The notes below the pieces were generated by a model. The model did not search any database and had not been told where the DNA came from. It saw only the letters and a program-made list of their open reading frames with translations. From Myxococcota bacterium (GTDB lineage: Bacteria > Myxococcota_A > Polyangia > Nannocystales > Nannocystaceae), in contig JBCCHT010000034.1 in assembly GCA_039028615.1 (NCBI GenBank), positions 1 to 64,000 on the forward strand: DNA of 64,000 bases, written 5' to 3'. Positions 39,106 through 49,087 of the stretch are shown one piece after another. Every line of letters starts with the position of its first letter. The first letter of the stretch is position 1. The translations under genes and the position numbers were made by a program.

Positions 39106-39603
39106 TCAGTCGGAGGTGCTGCCCGAACTACCATCCCCCGTGGTCGAACCACCGGAGTCGGGATCGACACAGTGATCGGACAGGCACACCAGGCCGGGAT
39201 CACAGCCGCCGCCGTCGGTGCACTGGCACGCCTCGGACCCGGGGGTGCACTCGATGGAGACGCACAGCCCCGACGCGCAGACGAGGTCGGGATCGCAGGC
39301 GCCCCGCGGCGTGCATGAGCAGCCCTCGGTCCCTACGGGGCACAGGTCGGCCACGCAGATGTTGAGGTTGTCGTTGCACATGAAGGGGGCGTTGCACATG
39401 CCGCCCGACGTGCAGGGGCAGCCCTCGGCACCGACCTGGCAGGTCGCCGGCCCGTCGCCGCTCTCGTCGACACCCGCAGGAGGCGAGCCGTCGTCGCGGC
39501 TGTCGAAGCCGTCGGTATCTTCACCATCGTCGTCGTCACTGACGATGATGCACGCGGGAGAGAACGAGAACAGGAGCAAGAGAGCGAGAAACGACCGGGT
39601 CAT
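39106..39603 (-). CDS. Cys-rich lipoprotein with three CxxGxExCxCTxxGxC repeats
   Basis: Lipobox SPAC and visible Cys repeats. Confidence 0.8.
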   Translation of the reverse strand: MTRSFLALLLLFSFSPACIIVSDDDDGEDTDGFDSRDDGSPPAGVDESGDGPATCQVGAEGCPCTSGGMCNAPFMCNDNLNICVADLCPVGTEGCSCTPRGACDPDLVCASGLCVSIECTPGSEACQCTDGGGCDPGLVCLSDHCVDPDSGGSTTGDGSSGSTSD

Positions 39604-39707
39604 GGCAAACTCGTAGGCGACCCAGCCAGTGTGCCCCACGATGGTGCCGATTGCCGCCCCAGAAACGAATGTCTCCATGTAGGTAAACGGCGCCTTCGGA
39701 GCCGAGA

Positions 39708-41243
39708 TCAGTCCGGCTCGAGCGTGATTTCCAAATAGGAGCGCGGCGGATCGAAGGAAGAACGCACGCGATAGGCCTCGGACCCGACTCGCTCGGCCCA
39801 CGCGCGCAATTCGAAGGCCGGGGGCACGGTGCCGCCGGGGACGATGGCCCCCACGGGGAGGTCGAAATCCCACGCGTCGAGAGTGCCCCCGATCACACCC
39901 GGGTGCAGCATCTCCAGCCGCCGCATGAACGCCGGGGCGTTGGGTAGACCGCCAAACACGAGCCGATTCGTCGCCGTCTCGTGCACCACGAAGGGCAGTG
40001 AGACCCCCAACGAGGGGGGGAAGGTCTTGCCCTCCTCGGGCAGGTTCAGCGCCTCGATCTGCGGCGCCAGCAGGGAGTTGGGTAGGGTCTGCGCCCACTG
40101 CTGCCCCGCCTCGCTCAACCCCAGGCGTGTCCGTAGAACCTTGCCCTGGGTCCCGAACTTCGCCTGGAAGGTCGCGGTGTCCACCCGCCAAGGATCGTCG
40201 GGCTGGGGCAGGCGGCGCGGGGCATCGCGCACGCCCGCCAGCGGGGCCATGGCGAGGATCATCGAGTCGACCGCACCGAGCGCAGCCCGATCGAGATGCA
40301 CGAGGTTGCCGTCGGACAGCGGCAGCGGGGGCGCCCAGGCCGACCGGGGCGCGGTGAGCTGCTGCGCCACCGCATCCGCCCGGGCCGCGTCGATGTGCGG
40401 CAGCAGCGGGACGAGCTTGGCGTCGACCTTCGGGAAGCTCAGCAGATCGAGCACCATCGCGCCTTCGATCTCGCGCACGACCAAGATCGAGCGACCGCCG
40501 TCGAGCCGGAGCACCGCGGTGACGCCCGGCACCTCGAGCAGGCGCCGCACGAGGACGTGGTTGTGACGGGTGGGCACCGCCTGCCCCGCGGGGTAGGAGG
40601 TGACGCCGCCGCTGTGGCGCGCGACCAGCTCGGGCAAGCGCTCGACCATCCACCCCGGTCGATCGCTGCGCCCCGCCACCCGCCAGTGCACCCGCGGCAC
40701 GGGCGTGGAGGCGAGCGCCTCGCGCAGGGGCTCCACGATCTCCTCCAGGCGCTCGACGTCGTCGGCGGTGGGGGTGCACTCGGCTCGGTGGGGCTCGTGT
40801 CGACACGAACCGACGAGCTCGAGCATCTCCCCGCGCCGGGCGACCTCACAGACGCAGTTGCCCAGCTTGCCCTTGGCTTGGACCCCGGTCTCGCGATGCA
40901 AGGTCAGCAGCGCGCCGACCTGCCCTCTCGCCTCGTCGACCGTCTCGGCGCTGGGCGTGAGCAGCGCGGCACAGACCGGCTGCTGCCGCTCGTAGCCCAT
41001 GTCGTTGAGCGCCATCGGATCGAGCTGCCGCGCGAGCAACCCGGTGGGCACGGAGGGCACGGGCAGCTCGAGCAGTACGGGCGGCATGCGGGTTCGACCC
41101 GCGGTCGTGCATCGCACCATCGCCGCATCGGCCGGCACCCAGCGCGTGGCCAGCTCGCCGCTGCTGCACGCCGAAAGCCCGAGCAGGGCGCAAAGCCCAG
41201 CTCGGCTCGCGCCCGCTATCTCGCGCCGCCGCACGCTCGACAA
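39708..41243 (-). CDS. Lipoprotein, hypothetical (start uncertain)
   Basis: Lipobox LSAC in a long ORF. Confidence 0.65.
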   Translation of the reverse strand: MSSVRRREIAGASRAGLCALLGLSACSSGELATRWVPADAAMVRCTTAGRTRMPPVLLELPVPSVPTGLLARQLDPMALNDMGYERQQPVCAALLTPSAETVDEARGQVGALLTLHRETGVQAKGKLGNCVCEVARRGEMLELVGSCRHEPHRAECTPTADDVERLEEIVEPLREALASTPVPRVHWRVAGRSDRPGWMVERLPELVARHSGGVTSYPAGQAVPTRHNHVLVRRLLEVPGVTAVLRLDGGRSILVVREIEGAMVLDLLSFPKVDAKLVPLLPHIDAARADAVAQQLTAPRSAWAPPLPLSDGNLVHLDRAALGAVDSMILAMAPLAGVRDAPRRLPQPDDPWRVDTATFQAKFGTQGKVLRTRLGLSEAGQQWAQTLPNSLLAPQIEALNLPEEGKTFPPSLGVSLPFVVHETATNRLVFGGLPNAPAFMRRLEMLHPGVIGGTLDAWDFDLPVGAIVPGGTVPPAFELRAWAERVGSEAYRVRSSFDPPRSYLEITLEPD

Positions 41244-41291
41244 CCCTACCAGCCCGGGGTGGAACTCGCACGACCCGGGCGGGCGTGCCGC

Positions 41292-42248
41292 TCAGTCCGA
41301 ATCGCGATTTCGCGGCGGTCCGGGCGTGACCGTCAGGCGCAGCAGCTCGGGGCGTGCATAGTGCCCGCTGACATCGAGCGCCATCGCCTCTTCGTCGATG
41401 CGCCCAAGCTCGAGATCGGCCAGCAGGATCTGCTCGCGCAAGGGCACGGGTTCGACCACGAACTCGCCATCGGGCCCCACGATGCAACTTCCGCCGCGCA
41501 TCAGCCAACCGTCGTCGGCAACCCCCACCAGGGCATCGGCCAGCGACGACGGCAGGGTGTCGCGATGCATGAGCCCTCCCGCGGCCAGCACGAAACAGCG
41601 CCCCTCGAACGCATAGTGACGGCTGGCGACCACCGCCATCGGCTTGACCGTGGGCCACAATGCGACGTGGATCTGCTCCGCCTGCTCGTGCAGGGCCTGC
41701 CGCGCCAGCGGCATCCAGTGTTCCCAACACACCAGCCCGCCGATGCGCCCCGCCTCGGTCTGCGCCACCTCGAGCCCGTGGGCGTCGCCGGGCCCCCACA
41801 CCATGCGCTCGGTGTGGGTCGGCACGAGCTTGCGATGGTGCAGCACCCGCTGCCCGCGGGCGTCGAAGCCGAGGATGGTGTTGAACAGGGTGCCGTGGCC
41901 CGGGCCCGCGTCGACGCGCTCGTTGACCCCGATGACCAGGGTGACGCCATGCTCGGCCGCCAGCTGCCCCAGGCGCTCGCAGTGGGGCCCGGGCACCGTG
42001 ATGGCGCAGCGTCGAAAGCGGGCGTGGATGGCCTTGACCTCGGGGTCGTCCCACAGCCCCAGGCGCGGCCAGTGGTCGATCCACGCCGGATAGGCGGTGA
42101 GCCAGGACTCGCCGAAGACCACCACCTGGGCGCCCTGTCGGGCCGCCTCCGACAGCCAGTGTTCGACCCGGCCGAGGCTTGCATCGAGGTCGAAGGGCAC
42201 GGCGCTGGCCTGTACGACGGCGACGGTCACGGTCATCGCGGGCATCAT
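41292..42248 (-). CDS. Nitrilase / carbon-nitrogen hydrolase
   Basis: E-K-C triad (FGESW, HRKLVPT, VCWEHWMP) and DVSGHYARP. Confidence 0.92.
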   Translation of the reverse strand: MMPAMTVTVAVVQASAVPFDLDASLGRVEHWLSEAARQGAQVVVFGESWLTAYPAWIDHWPRLGLWDDPEVKAIHARFRRCAITVPGPHCERLGQLAAEHGVTLVIGVNERVDAGPGHGTLFNTILGFDARGQRVLHHRKLVPTHTERMVWGPGDAHGLEVAQTEAGRIGGLVCWEHWMPLARQALHEQAEQIHVALWPTVKPMAVVASRHYAFEGRCFVLAAGGLMHRDTLPSSLADALVGVADDGWLMRGGSCIVGPDGEFVVEPVPLREQILLADLELGRIDEEAMALDVSGHYARPELLRLTVTPGPPRNRDSD

Positions 42249-42426
42249 CCACCGCCGCGATGCCGCGTGTCATCCCGCCGCGAGCCCCGAAAAAGCCGCC
42301 ACGGCCCCGCCGACAACCCCGTTGGCAACGCGCGGGATCCAGCCCTCACGACCCCGTCGGCAGGGCGGGCCCGCGCACATGAGCACGTCTAGACGTCCTT
42401 CCTGCAACCTGTAAGGCTTCCGGCCG

Positions 42427-44883
42427 ATGCGAGAGCTGGCGACACAAGCGTGGAACCCCTGGATCGCCTGGCTACTGCTGGGGGCTGGGCTCGTCATCCT
42501 GTTGGCCACGGTCTTCGTGCCGCTGCGGGGGCTCCCGCGGGCGATGTCCGTGCTTCGCGGGCGCAGCGTGACCAGCGACGGGCGGGGGGCCTTCTGGCTG
42601 CCGCTGGCGGCGGCGACCGGTATGGGCGGGGTGACCGGCGGGGTCCTGGCGGTCAGCACGGCCGGCCCCGGCGCGCTGGTGTGGATGTGGATCGCGACCG
42701 GGCTGGGCATGGCCCTGGTGTTCGCCGAGGGCAGCCTCAGCGCCCGCCGACCCGACGGCCAGGAGGCGCCCACGATGCACCTGCTCGCCGCGCCCGGCGT
42801 GGGCAAGCTGGTCGCCCCCATGTACGCCCTGGCCTTCGTGGTCCTGGCCCTGCTGCTCGGCGCCGCGTTCCAGACCAACCAGGCGGCGGCGGTGCTCGAG
42901 TCGATGGGCGGCATCACGCCGCTGAACACGGCGATCGGGCTGGCGTTGGCGGCGACCCCCTTCGTGCTCGTGCCCAAGGCCCGCGGCCTGCTCTTCCTGC
43001 TCGTCCCCGTCGCCTTGGTGCTCTATGTCGTCGCCACCCTCGTCGCGCTGAACGAGGGCTCGGCCACCATCGGACTCATCGTCGGCGATGCGATCAATCA
43101 GGCCTTCGGCATCGCCCCCATGGCGGGTGGCGCCGCGGGCGGAGGGGTCGGACTGCTGGTCGCCCACGGCGTGCTGCGAGCCACGATGGCCGGCGAGGCC
43201 GGGCTGGGCAGCGCCGCCCTGCTCGACCTGCGCAGCCGCAGCCGAGGCTCCGCCGGGGCCGCGGTGATGCTGGTGCCCCTGCTCGCCGCCGGCCTGGTGG
43301 GCAGCCTCAGCAGCCTGCTCATGCTCGATCCCGCCGCCCAGGGCGAGTCGGTGATCGAACCCGAGCTCGACATGGTGGTGCTCGAGCGCAGCTACCGACG
43401 CGCGCTACGACCCAACCAGCGCTTCGGGCAGACCATCGCGCTGCCCGAGGGCTCGGGGATGGAGAACGACGAGCACTACGAGATGCTCCTGCGCTCCAAC
43501 CCGCGCGGACATGCGCTCGCGCGCCTGGTCGTCCCCGCCGACAACGAGAACCTCACCGAGGAGGAGAAGGCCAAGCCGCCGCACGTGGTGCTGCCGATGT
43601 GGGGCATCGCGACCAACGTGGACACCGTGGTGTTCCGCGCGCGCGACAGCGAGAAGGCCAAGCACCCCTCGTGGGACGTCCGCGTGCCCTGTGACCGCGA
43701 GGTCAAGGAAATCCCCGGCTCGCCCGATCAGAAGTACCTGCTGCTGCGCCCCAAGGATCCCGAGCTCGACATGCGTCGCATGGCCGTGCAGCTCGACCTG
43801 CTCAGCCAGCCCCACGTGGTCTTCGACGATTTCCGCTTCATCGGCCTGGCGGGCCGGGCCAACAGCCCCGACCCCGACCTCGGCGAGCACCTGGCGATGT
43901 TCGAGCCGCCCCGCGAGGATCGGCCCTTCAACCCCAAGCTCCACGAGTTCTTCCGCCTCGGCTATCGCGGCCCCTACGTCGACTCCGAGGGTCCTCGCCC
44001 GCCGCTGGGCTTCGTCGCGGCCGAGGGCTTCGAGCCGGAGGTCGGCAGCGTGGTCTCGCTGCGAATCCCGGGCAACCCGCGGGGCGACGCGGTGGTCGAC
44101 GTCACCCGCAGCGGCAGCGTGGAAGCTCCCGCGTGGGACTTCCTGCTCGACGCACGCACCCTGGTCATCCGCCACGACACCGACCCGAGCAAGGACATCC
44201 ACCTGGCGGTCACGCCCCGCTACGACCTTTACCGGGTGCGCTTCGACATCGCGGACGAGCGCTACCAGGACATGCGGAACATCGCCACGAAGGACGGGTA
44301 CTCCGGGCCCTACCTCGTCGTGCCGGACTTCGAGTTCGAGGCCGAGGTCCGCAGCGACACCCGGCTCGATCCGAAGTACGCCGGGCGCCGGGTGCTGGTG
44401 CCGCTGCATCCCCTCACCGAGATGCAGGGTCCCTTCGGCGAGGGCGACACCTACCGGCCGCACCCCGGCGAGCTGGTCGACCTGGGCATGGCCGCTCCCG
44501 TGCTGGCCCACGAGGGCGCGCAGATCGTGGCCGCTCGACTCGAGCGCGACGCGGGCAGCTTCGGTCGCAGCGCCATGCTGCTGGCCGTGTTGGTCTTCGC
44601 CCTGAGCACGATCGTGGCCTGGGCCGAGCTCGGAGGTCGGGCCGCCACCGCGCTGGTCGGTCCCATCGGCAGCACCGTGCTGCGAGTCGCCATGCTGGGC
44701 GCCGCCGCCATGGGCACCCACTACGGCCTGGGTCAGCTGCTGCCCCTCATCGACGTGACGCTCGCGGCCGTGGTCGTGCCCAACGTGCTGGGCCTGCTGG
44801 TGCTCCTGCCGAAGATCCGCGCCGCCTCGCAGATGAAGGACGACCTCGCCGACGAGGCCGAGGCCCCGGACGACGCCTCGTAG
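42427..44883 (+). CDS. Alanine:cation symporter (AlsT/AgcS)-like protein with a ~400-aa soluble insertion
   Basis: GPGALVWMW, FAEGSL, FQTNQ, GVLRA..AGEAGLGSA, FALSTIVAW and VPNVLGL. Confidence 0.75.
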   Translation: MRELATQAWNPWIAWLLLGAGLVILLATVFVPLRGLPRAMSVLRGRSVTSDGRGAFWLPLAAATGMGGVTGGVLAVSTAGPGALVWMWIATGLGMALVFAEGSLSARRPDGQEAPTMHLLAAPGVGKLVAPMYALAFVVLALLLGAAFQTNQAAAVLESMGGITPLNTAIGLALAATPFVLVPKARGLLFLLVPVALVLYVVATLVALNEGSATIGLIVGDAINQAFGIAPMAGGAAGGGVGLLVAHGVLRATMAGEAGLGSAALLDLRSRSRGSAGAAVMLVPLLAAGLVGSLSSLLMLDPAAQGESVIEPELDMVVLERSYRRALRPNQRFGQTIALPEGSGMENDEHYEMLLRSNPRGHALARLVVPADNENLTEEEKAKPPHVVLPMWGIATNVDTVVFRARDSEKAKHPSWDVRVPCDREVKEIPGSPDQKYLLLRPKDPELDMRRMAVQLDLLSQPHVVFDDFRFIGLAGRANSPDPDLGEHLAMFEPPREDRPFNPKLHEFFRLGYRGPYVDSEGPRPPLGFVAAEGFEPEVGSVVSLRIPGNPRGDAVVDVTRSGSVEAPAWDFLLDARTLVIRHDTDPSKDIHLAVTPRYDLYRVRFDIADERYQDMRNIATKDGYSGPYLVVPDFEFEAEVRSDTRLDPKYAGRRVLVPLHPLTEMQGPFGEGDTYRPHPGELVDLGMAAPVLAHEGAQIVAARLERDAGSFGRSAMLLAVLVFALSTIVAWAELGGRAATALVGPIGSTVLRVAMLGAAAMGTHYGLGQLLPLIDVTLAAVVVPNVLGLLVLLPKIRAASQMKDDLADEAEAPDDAS

Positions 44884-44892
44884 CGCCCCCGG

Positions 44893-46503
44893 TCAGGACG
44901 GCTGCGTCGACAGCTCGCCGTTGCGTCGACTCGCCCACGAGTCGAGCGCGGCCTGCCACGCGACGGGGTCGTCGTACACGTGCGACTTGCCGCCCAGCGC
45001 CACTGCGGCCAAGGACACCGCCATCCCCACCTTGCGCGGGCTCTTGAGCATGTGCACCGACTCGATGCAGCCGCTGTGGTCCTTGAGGCAGCGCAGGCTC
45101 GCGTCGCGGACATCCGAGGGGTAGGTCTCGATCGCGGCGAGGTGCCAGAACAAATGGATGGGGCGATTGCGCTCGAGCAGGATGCCGAGCTGCGAGTCGA
45201 ACAGCCACGCCGCCGGCGAGGCCACCGTGCCGCTCATGTGCACCACCACCACGTCGGAGGCCACGCGAGCCAGCTCGACGAAGCCCTCGGCGCCGCCCCA
45301 GCTGACGCGATCGACCACCCGTCGATCCTCGAGCACGTCGCTATAGGCCTGGGTGGAGACCAAGCCCCGCGCGCCGGTCACGACGCTGGCGATGGGCAGG
45401 GTCGCGCCAGAGATTGAAGGCACCGCGGCGGTGTTCGCCGTGTCGGCGACTGGATCGGGCGTGACCACGGGCTCCGCCTCGGCCGCGACGGGTGAGTCAT
45501 CGGCGGGAGGCAGCTCTACCTGCGGAGAGTCGACCACCGTGTCGGGAATGTCGGTGCGCAGTTCTTGCGAGGGCTGGTCGGTGTGCTCGCTCGGCACCGG
45601 CTCGGCCGGACGCGGGCGCAGAGGGATGGGCGCGATACCGCCTCGACCAATGCCATTGAGCGCGACGACGAAGTCGAGGATCGAGCTGAAGCGCCGCTCC
45701 GGGTCCCGCTCGACCGCCCGATGCACGACCGTCTCGATCTCGTAGAGCAGCTCCTCCTCGAGGTCGAGCGCGCCCAACGAACGCGGCGGCGAGTACAACG
45801 CGTTGTGAATCATCTCGGGGACGGAGTCGCCCTCGTAGGGCACGGTGCCCGTCAGCAAGTAGAAGCCGGTACACCCGAGCCCGTAGATGTCGCCGCGCAC
45901 GTCGGTGGGTTTGCCCCGCAGCTGCTCGGGACTCATGAAGCCGGGGCTGCCCAACATCTGCCCTTCACCGGTCAAGTGCTGCACCGTGGTCGAGTGCACG
46001 AGGTTCTGCTTGGCGATGCCGAAGTCGAAGAGTTTGCACCGGTCCGGTTGTCCCGGCGCGAGCATCACGTTCGATGGCTTGATGTCGCGATGCACGATCT
46101 TCAGGCCATGTGCGTGATCGAGTGCACCGCAGATTTGGAGCAGGATGACTTTGACTCGCTCCCACGGCAGCGGCCCACCGCGTTCGATGGCGGTGTGCAG
46201 CGGCTGCCCCTCGAGCAGCTCCATCGCGATGAACGGCATGCCCTCGCGGGTCTCACCGACCTCGAGGATGTCCACGATATGGCGGTGCTGCATCGTGCTC
46301 GCCAGTCGCCCCTCTCGAACGAAGCGCTGACGAACGTTGGTGTCGGTTTGCCACGACGGCAGCAACAGCTTGAGCGCAACATGGCGGCCCGTTCGTGACT
46401 GCACCGCTTCCCAAACTTCACCGATCCCGCCGCGCCCACGACAACCCACCAGTCGATAGCGATCGGCGACCTCCATGCCGACGAATGGGATGACAGCGCT
46501 CAT
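44893..46503 (-). CDS. Ser/Thr protein kinase with a C-terminal STAS/SEC14-like domain
   Basis: GRGGIGEVW, VALK, HRDIKPSN, DFG, SPEQ and DIYGLG. Confidence 0.93.
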   Translation of the reverse strand: MSAVIPFVGMEVADRYRLVGCRGRGGIGEVWEAVQSRTGRHVALKLLLPSWQTDTNVRQRFVREGRLASTMQHRHIVDILEVGETREGMPFIAMELLEGQPLHTAIERGGPLPWERVKVILLQICGALDHAHGLKIVHRDIKPSNVMLAPGQPDRCKLFDFGIAKQNLVHSTTVQHLTGEGQMLGSPGFMSPEQLRGKPTDVRGDIYGLGCTGFYLLTGTVPYEGDSVPEMIHNALYSPPRSLGALDLEEELLYEIETVVHRAVERDPERRFSSILDFVVALNGIGRGGIAPIPLRPRPAEPVPSEHTDQPSQELRTDIPDTVVDSPQVELPPADDSPVAAEAEPVVTPDPVADTANTAAVPSISGATLPIASVVTGARGLVSTQAYSDVLEDRRVVDRVSWGGAEGFVELARVASDVVVVHMSGTVASPAAWLFDSQLGILLERNRPIHLFWHLAAIETYPSDVRDASLRCLKDHSGCIESVHMLKSPRKVGMAVSLAAVALGGKSHVYDDPVAWQAALDSWASRRNGELSTQPS

Positions 46504-46747
46504 GGCAGACGGCTCACGATCGAACTTTGTGCCATCGTACGCCAGCGGCCTGGTCGTCTCTCGTTGCAATCGACAGCTACCCCCACCCCTCGTTTCAGCG
46601 TCCCCCAATCCTGCCAAGGAAACAATGGGGTCCGCCCCTACGATTCATACTCATTTCATTTCATTTCAGTACGCAACGTAGTGCCCTCGTTGACGTTCGT
46701 GCCACTCTCGAATTTTCGGAGTGGCAAAACGGGCCACACCTTCGAGT

Positions 46748-47302
46748 TCATCCTGCTTCGAGCAGTGACTCGATCTCATTACGCAGAGTTGACGACATCA
46801 CGCGACCTTGGTGGATGTGTCGCACAACACCATCCCGACCGACGATGAGCGTATGGGGGATGGGGCCGACCCGAAAGCGCCGTGCCGCCGTGCCGTCGTC
46901 CAGTGCGGTGGGCAAGGTCATGCCGCGCTCAGAGGCAAATTGCCTCACCTTCGTGGCGGCCTGGGCCGGCGTCAGCCCACCGTCGTGGTTGACCGCCATG
47001 AACTGCACGTCGTCGTTCGAGTACTCGTGCTGCAGCTCGTCGAGGTCGCCCAACTCGCTGACACATGCACCGCACCACGTCGCCCAAAACGTGACGACGC
47101 TGACTTTGCCCTGGAGCTCGGCCTGGGTGAACGTGCCGCCGTCGAGGGTGAGCACCTCGAAGGTGGGCGCGGGACCCCCCGGCGGCAGCGGCCCCATGCG
47201 ACTCCAGCCGCTCACGCCTGCGACCAGCTCTCGGCCGACGCCGAGCAGCGCCACCCCGACCACCAGGGCGCCGACCACCATGCCTACGCCGGAACGACTC
47301 AT
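46748..47302 (-). CDS. TlpA family thiol:disulfide reductase
   Basis: FWATWCGAC, cis-Pro motif GPIPHT and an N-terminal TM helix. Confidence 0.9.
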   Translation of the reverse strand: MSRSGVGMVVGALVVGVALLGVGRELVAGVSGWSRMGPLPPGGPAPTFEVLTLDGGTFTQAELQGKVSVVTFWATWCGACVSELGDLDELQHEYSNDDVQFMAVNHDGGLTPAQAATKVRQFASERGMTLPTALDDGTAARRFRVGPIPHTLIVGRDGVVRHIHQGRVMSSTLRNEIESLLEAG

Positions 47303-47763
47303 GCCAGCTCCTTCTGCGGTTCGATCTCCGGTCGGACCCACCATGCGAGCAGGACGCTCACCAGGCCGCCGATGATCTCGGGCACGTAGGCCCGGATCGC
47401 GATCCCGTGGATCGCCAGCTCGTGGGCGAGGCTGGAGACCAGCACCATCGGCACGAGCAGGATTCCGCGGCGGTAGGCGCGGTCGCGGCCCAGCACCGTC
47501 TCGCACGCCACGAGCACGAGGATGGGCACCACCACCACGCGCCCGAGCGCGGCCAGCAACATCAGCAGGCCGTTGAGGTTGGTCGTGGCCAGCAGCGTCG
47601 CCAGCCCCTCCATGAGCTTGTAGGTGCCCACGCTCAGCAGGTAGAGGCCGCCCAGCCAGATGCCGTCGGCGGCTCCCTCGTCGACCTGCAGCGACCGCGC
47701 CGTCGTCCGTGGCTGGGTCAAGATGCCCCCGTAGCGCCACAACGCTCGCATCACCGAATTCAT
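47299..47763 (-). CDS. Membrane hypothetical protein
   Basis: About four TM segments; overlaps the tlpA start. Confidence 0.7.
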   Translation of the reverse strand: MNSVMRALWRYGGILTQPRTTARSLQVDEGAADGIWLGGLYLLSVGTYKLMEGLATLLATTNLNGLLMLLAALGRVVVVPILVLVACETVLGRDRAYRRGILLVPMVLVSSLAHELAIHGIAIRAYVPEIIGGLVSVLLAWWVRPEIEPQKELA

Positions 47764-47812
47764 TGGCTCGCTCCCCGCGCCGACATATCCCCCGTGCTCG
47801 GCCCCGCTACGT

Positions 47813-49075
47813 TCAACGACGTCGTGCCATCCGACGTTTCGCTGCCTGGGCCAATGCCGACGGAATGTTCTTCGAATGCGCCACTTTGCGGACGTCGTGT
47901 GCGTGGAGGTGGCCGAGGAACGTCATCGCCGCCGCCATCGGCGTCTTGGGGTTGAGCACGAGATTCAGCTTGACCGCATAGAGCTTGGTCCAGTCGCGCC
48001 GCGTGGAGATGTAGCGAACGACGTCATGCGACAGGCTCCGGTTGGCGCAGTAGGTCACAACCTCGTTTTCCTTGATCCGCGGCGACTTGATGGCGCTCAT
48101 GCACACGGACTTGTTGCTGTCGCGGATGAGGACCCGGCGCTCGAAGGCGCTGCCGAGCAGGGCCAGGCGGATCTTCTGCATGGGCTCGAGGCGGGAAATC
48201 TGCGTCACCCGATCGCCCTTGACCTTGGTCGGGCCCTCTTTTTCGGCGAGGACTTCGGCGGGCTCCTCGCCCGTGCGGGCGGCCCGGTCGAGTGCCTCGT
48301 CGAGCCCGGCCAGGTCTTCGTCCGACTCCTCGGGCTCGGACTCCACCTCGATCTCGTCGATCTCGTCGTCGGCGGCGGCTTCGCGGACCTGCTCGATCAC
48401 CTGCTGCTGATCGTCGATCGATGCCCGCGCCAGCTGGCGGAACGCCTCGTCCCCGCCCTCGTCGACCTCGGGCGGCGCCGCCTCTTCGGCCTCGTCACCC
48501 TTGGCCTTGGACGCGATCGCCTGCTTGATCTCGTCCATGTTGGGCAGCTTGAGCTCGAGCTCCTGGCGCACGGCGAGCTCGAGCATGCGCTGGGCCACGC
48601 TCATCCGACAGTTCGGGTTCTGGTACAGCGCCTCGACGATGGCCGGGCAGCGCAGCCATCGGTCTTGGTTTTCGGCCAGCAGATCGCAGATGGGCTCGGG
48701 GCAGGTCTTGGACAGGCCGACCAGGGTCTCGTCGTGCACCGCCCGGTGCCGCACCACCGCCTCGAGCACCGTGACGTCGTGCGGTCGCTTGCGGCCGACG
48801 AAGTCCAACACCCCCGGGTGCAAGGTGGCGTCCCCCAGGGCGCCCGACAGGATCGGCATGGGCAATCCCTGGACCGTCTTGGCCGACAGCTCGGCCAGGT
48901 CGGGGGTATTGGTGACCCACAGCTGATACAGCGCCATCGCCAGGTCGCGCGGGGGCAACGGGGCGAGGCCACGGGCCACCATGCCTTGCAGCGGGGCCGG
49001 AGCATCGGGCGAGACGACCTTCCAAGCCGCGGGACCGAGCTGCGCTTCGGTCAGGGGAACATGTTCGAATGCCAT
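47813..49075 (-). CDS. Conserved helical-repeat hypothetical protein of deltaproteobacteria/myxobacteria
   Basis: QKIRLALLG..ERRVLIRDSNK.V..AIKSP.I...Y.VKLNLVLNPKTP. Confidence 0.75.
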   Translation of the reverse strand: MAFEHVPLTEAQLGPAAWKVVSPDAPAPLQGMVARGLAPLPPRDLAMALYQLWVTNTPDLAELSAKTVQGLPMPILSGALGDATLHPGVLDFVGRKRPHDVTVLEAVVRHRAVHDETLVGLSKTCPEPICDLLAENQDRWLRCPAIVEALYQNPNCRMSVAQRMLELAVRQELELKLPNMDEIKQAIASKAKGDEAEEAAPPEVDEGGDEAFRQLARASIDDQQQVIEQVREAAADDEIDEIEVESEPEESDEDLAGLDEALDRAARTGEEPAEVLAEKEGPTKVKGDRVTQISRLEPMQKIRLALLGSAFERRVLIRDSNKSVCMSAIKSPRIKENEVVTYCANRSLSHDVVRYISTRRDWTKLYAVKLNLVLNPKTPMAAAMTFLGHLHAHDVRKVAHSKNIPSALAQAAKRRMARRR

Positions 49076-49087
49076 GGGGACGTTCTC

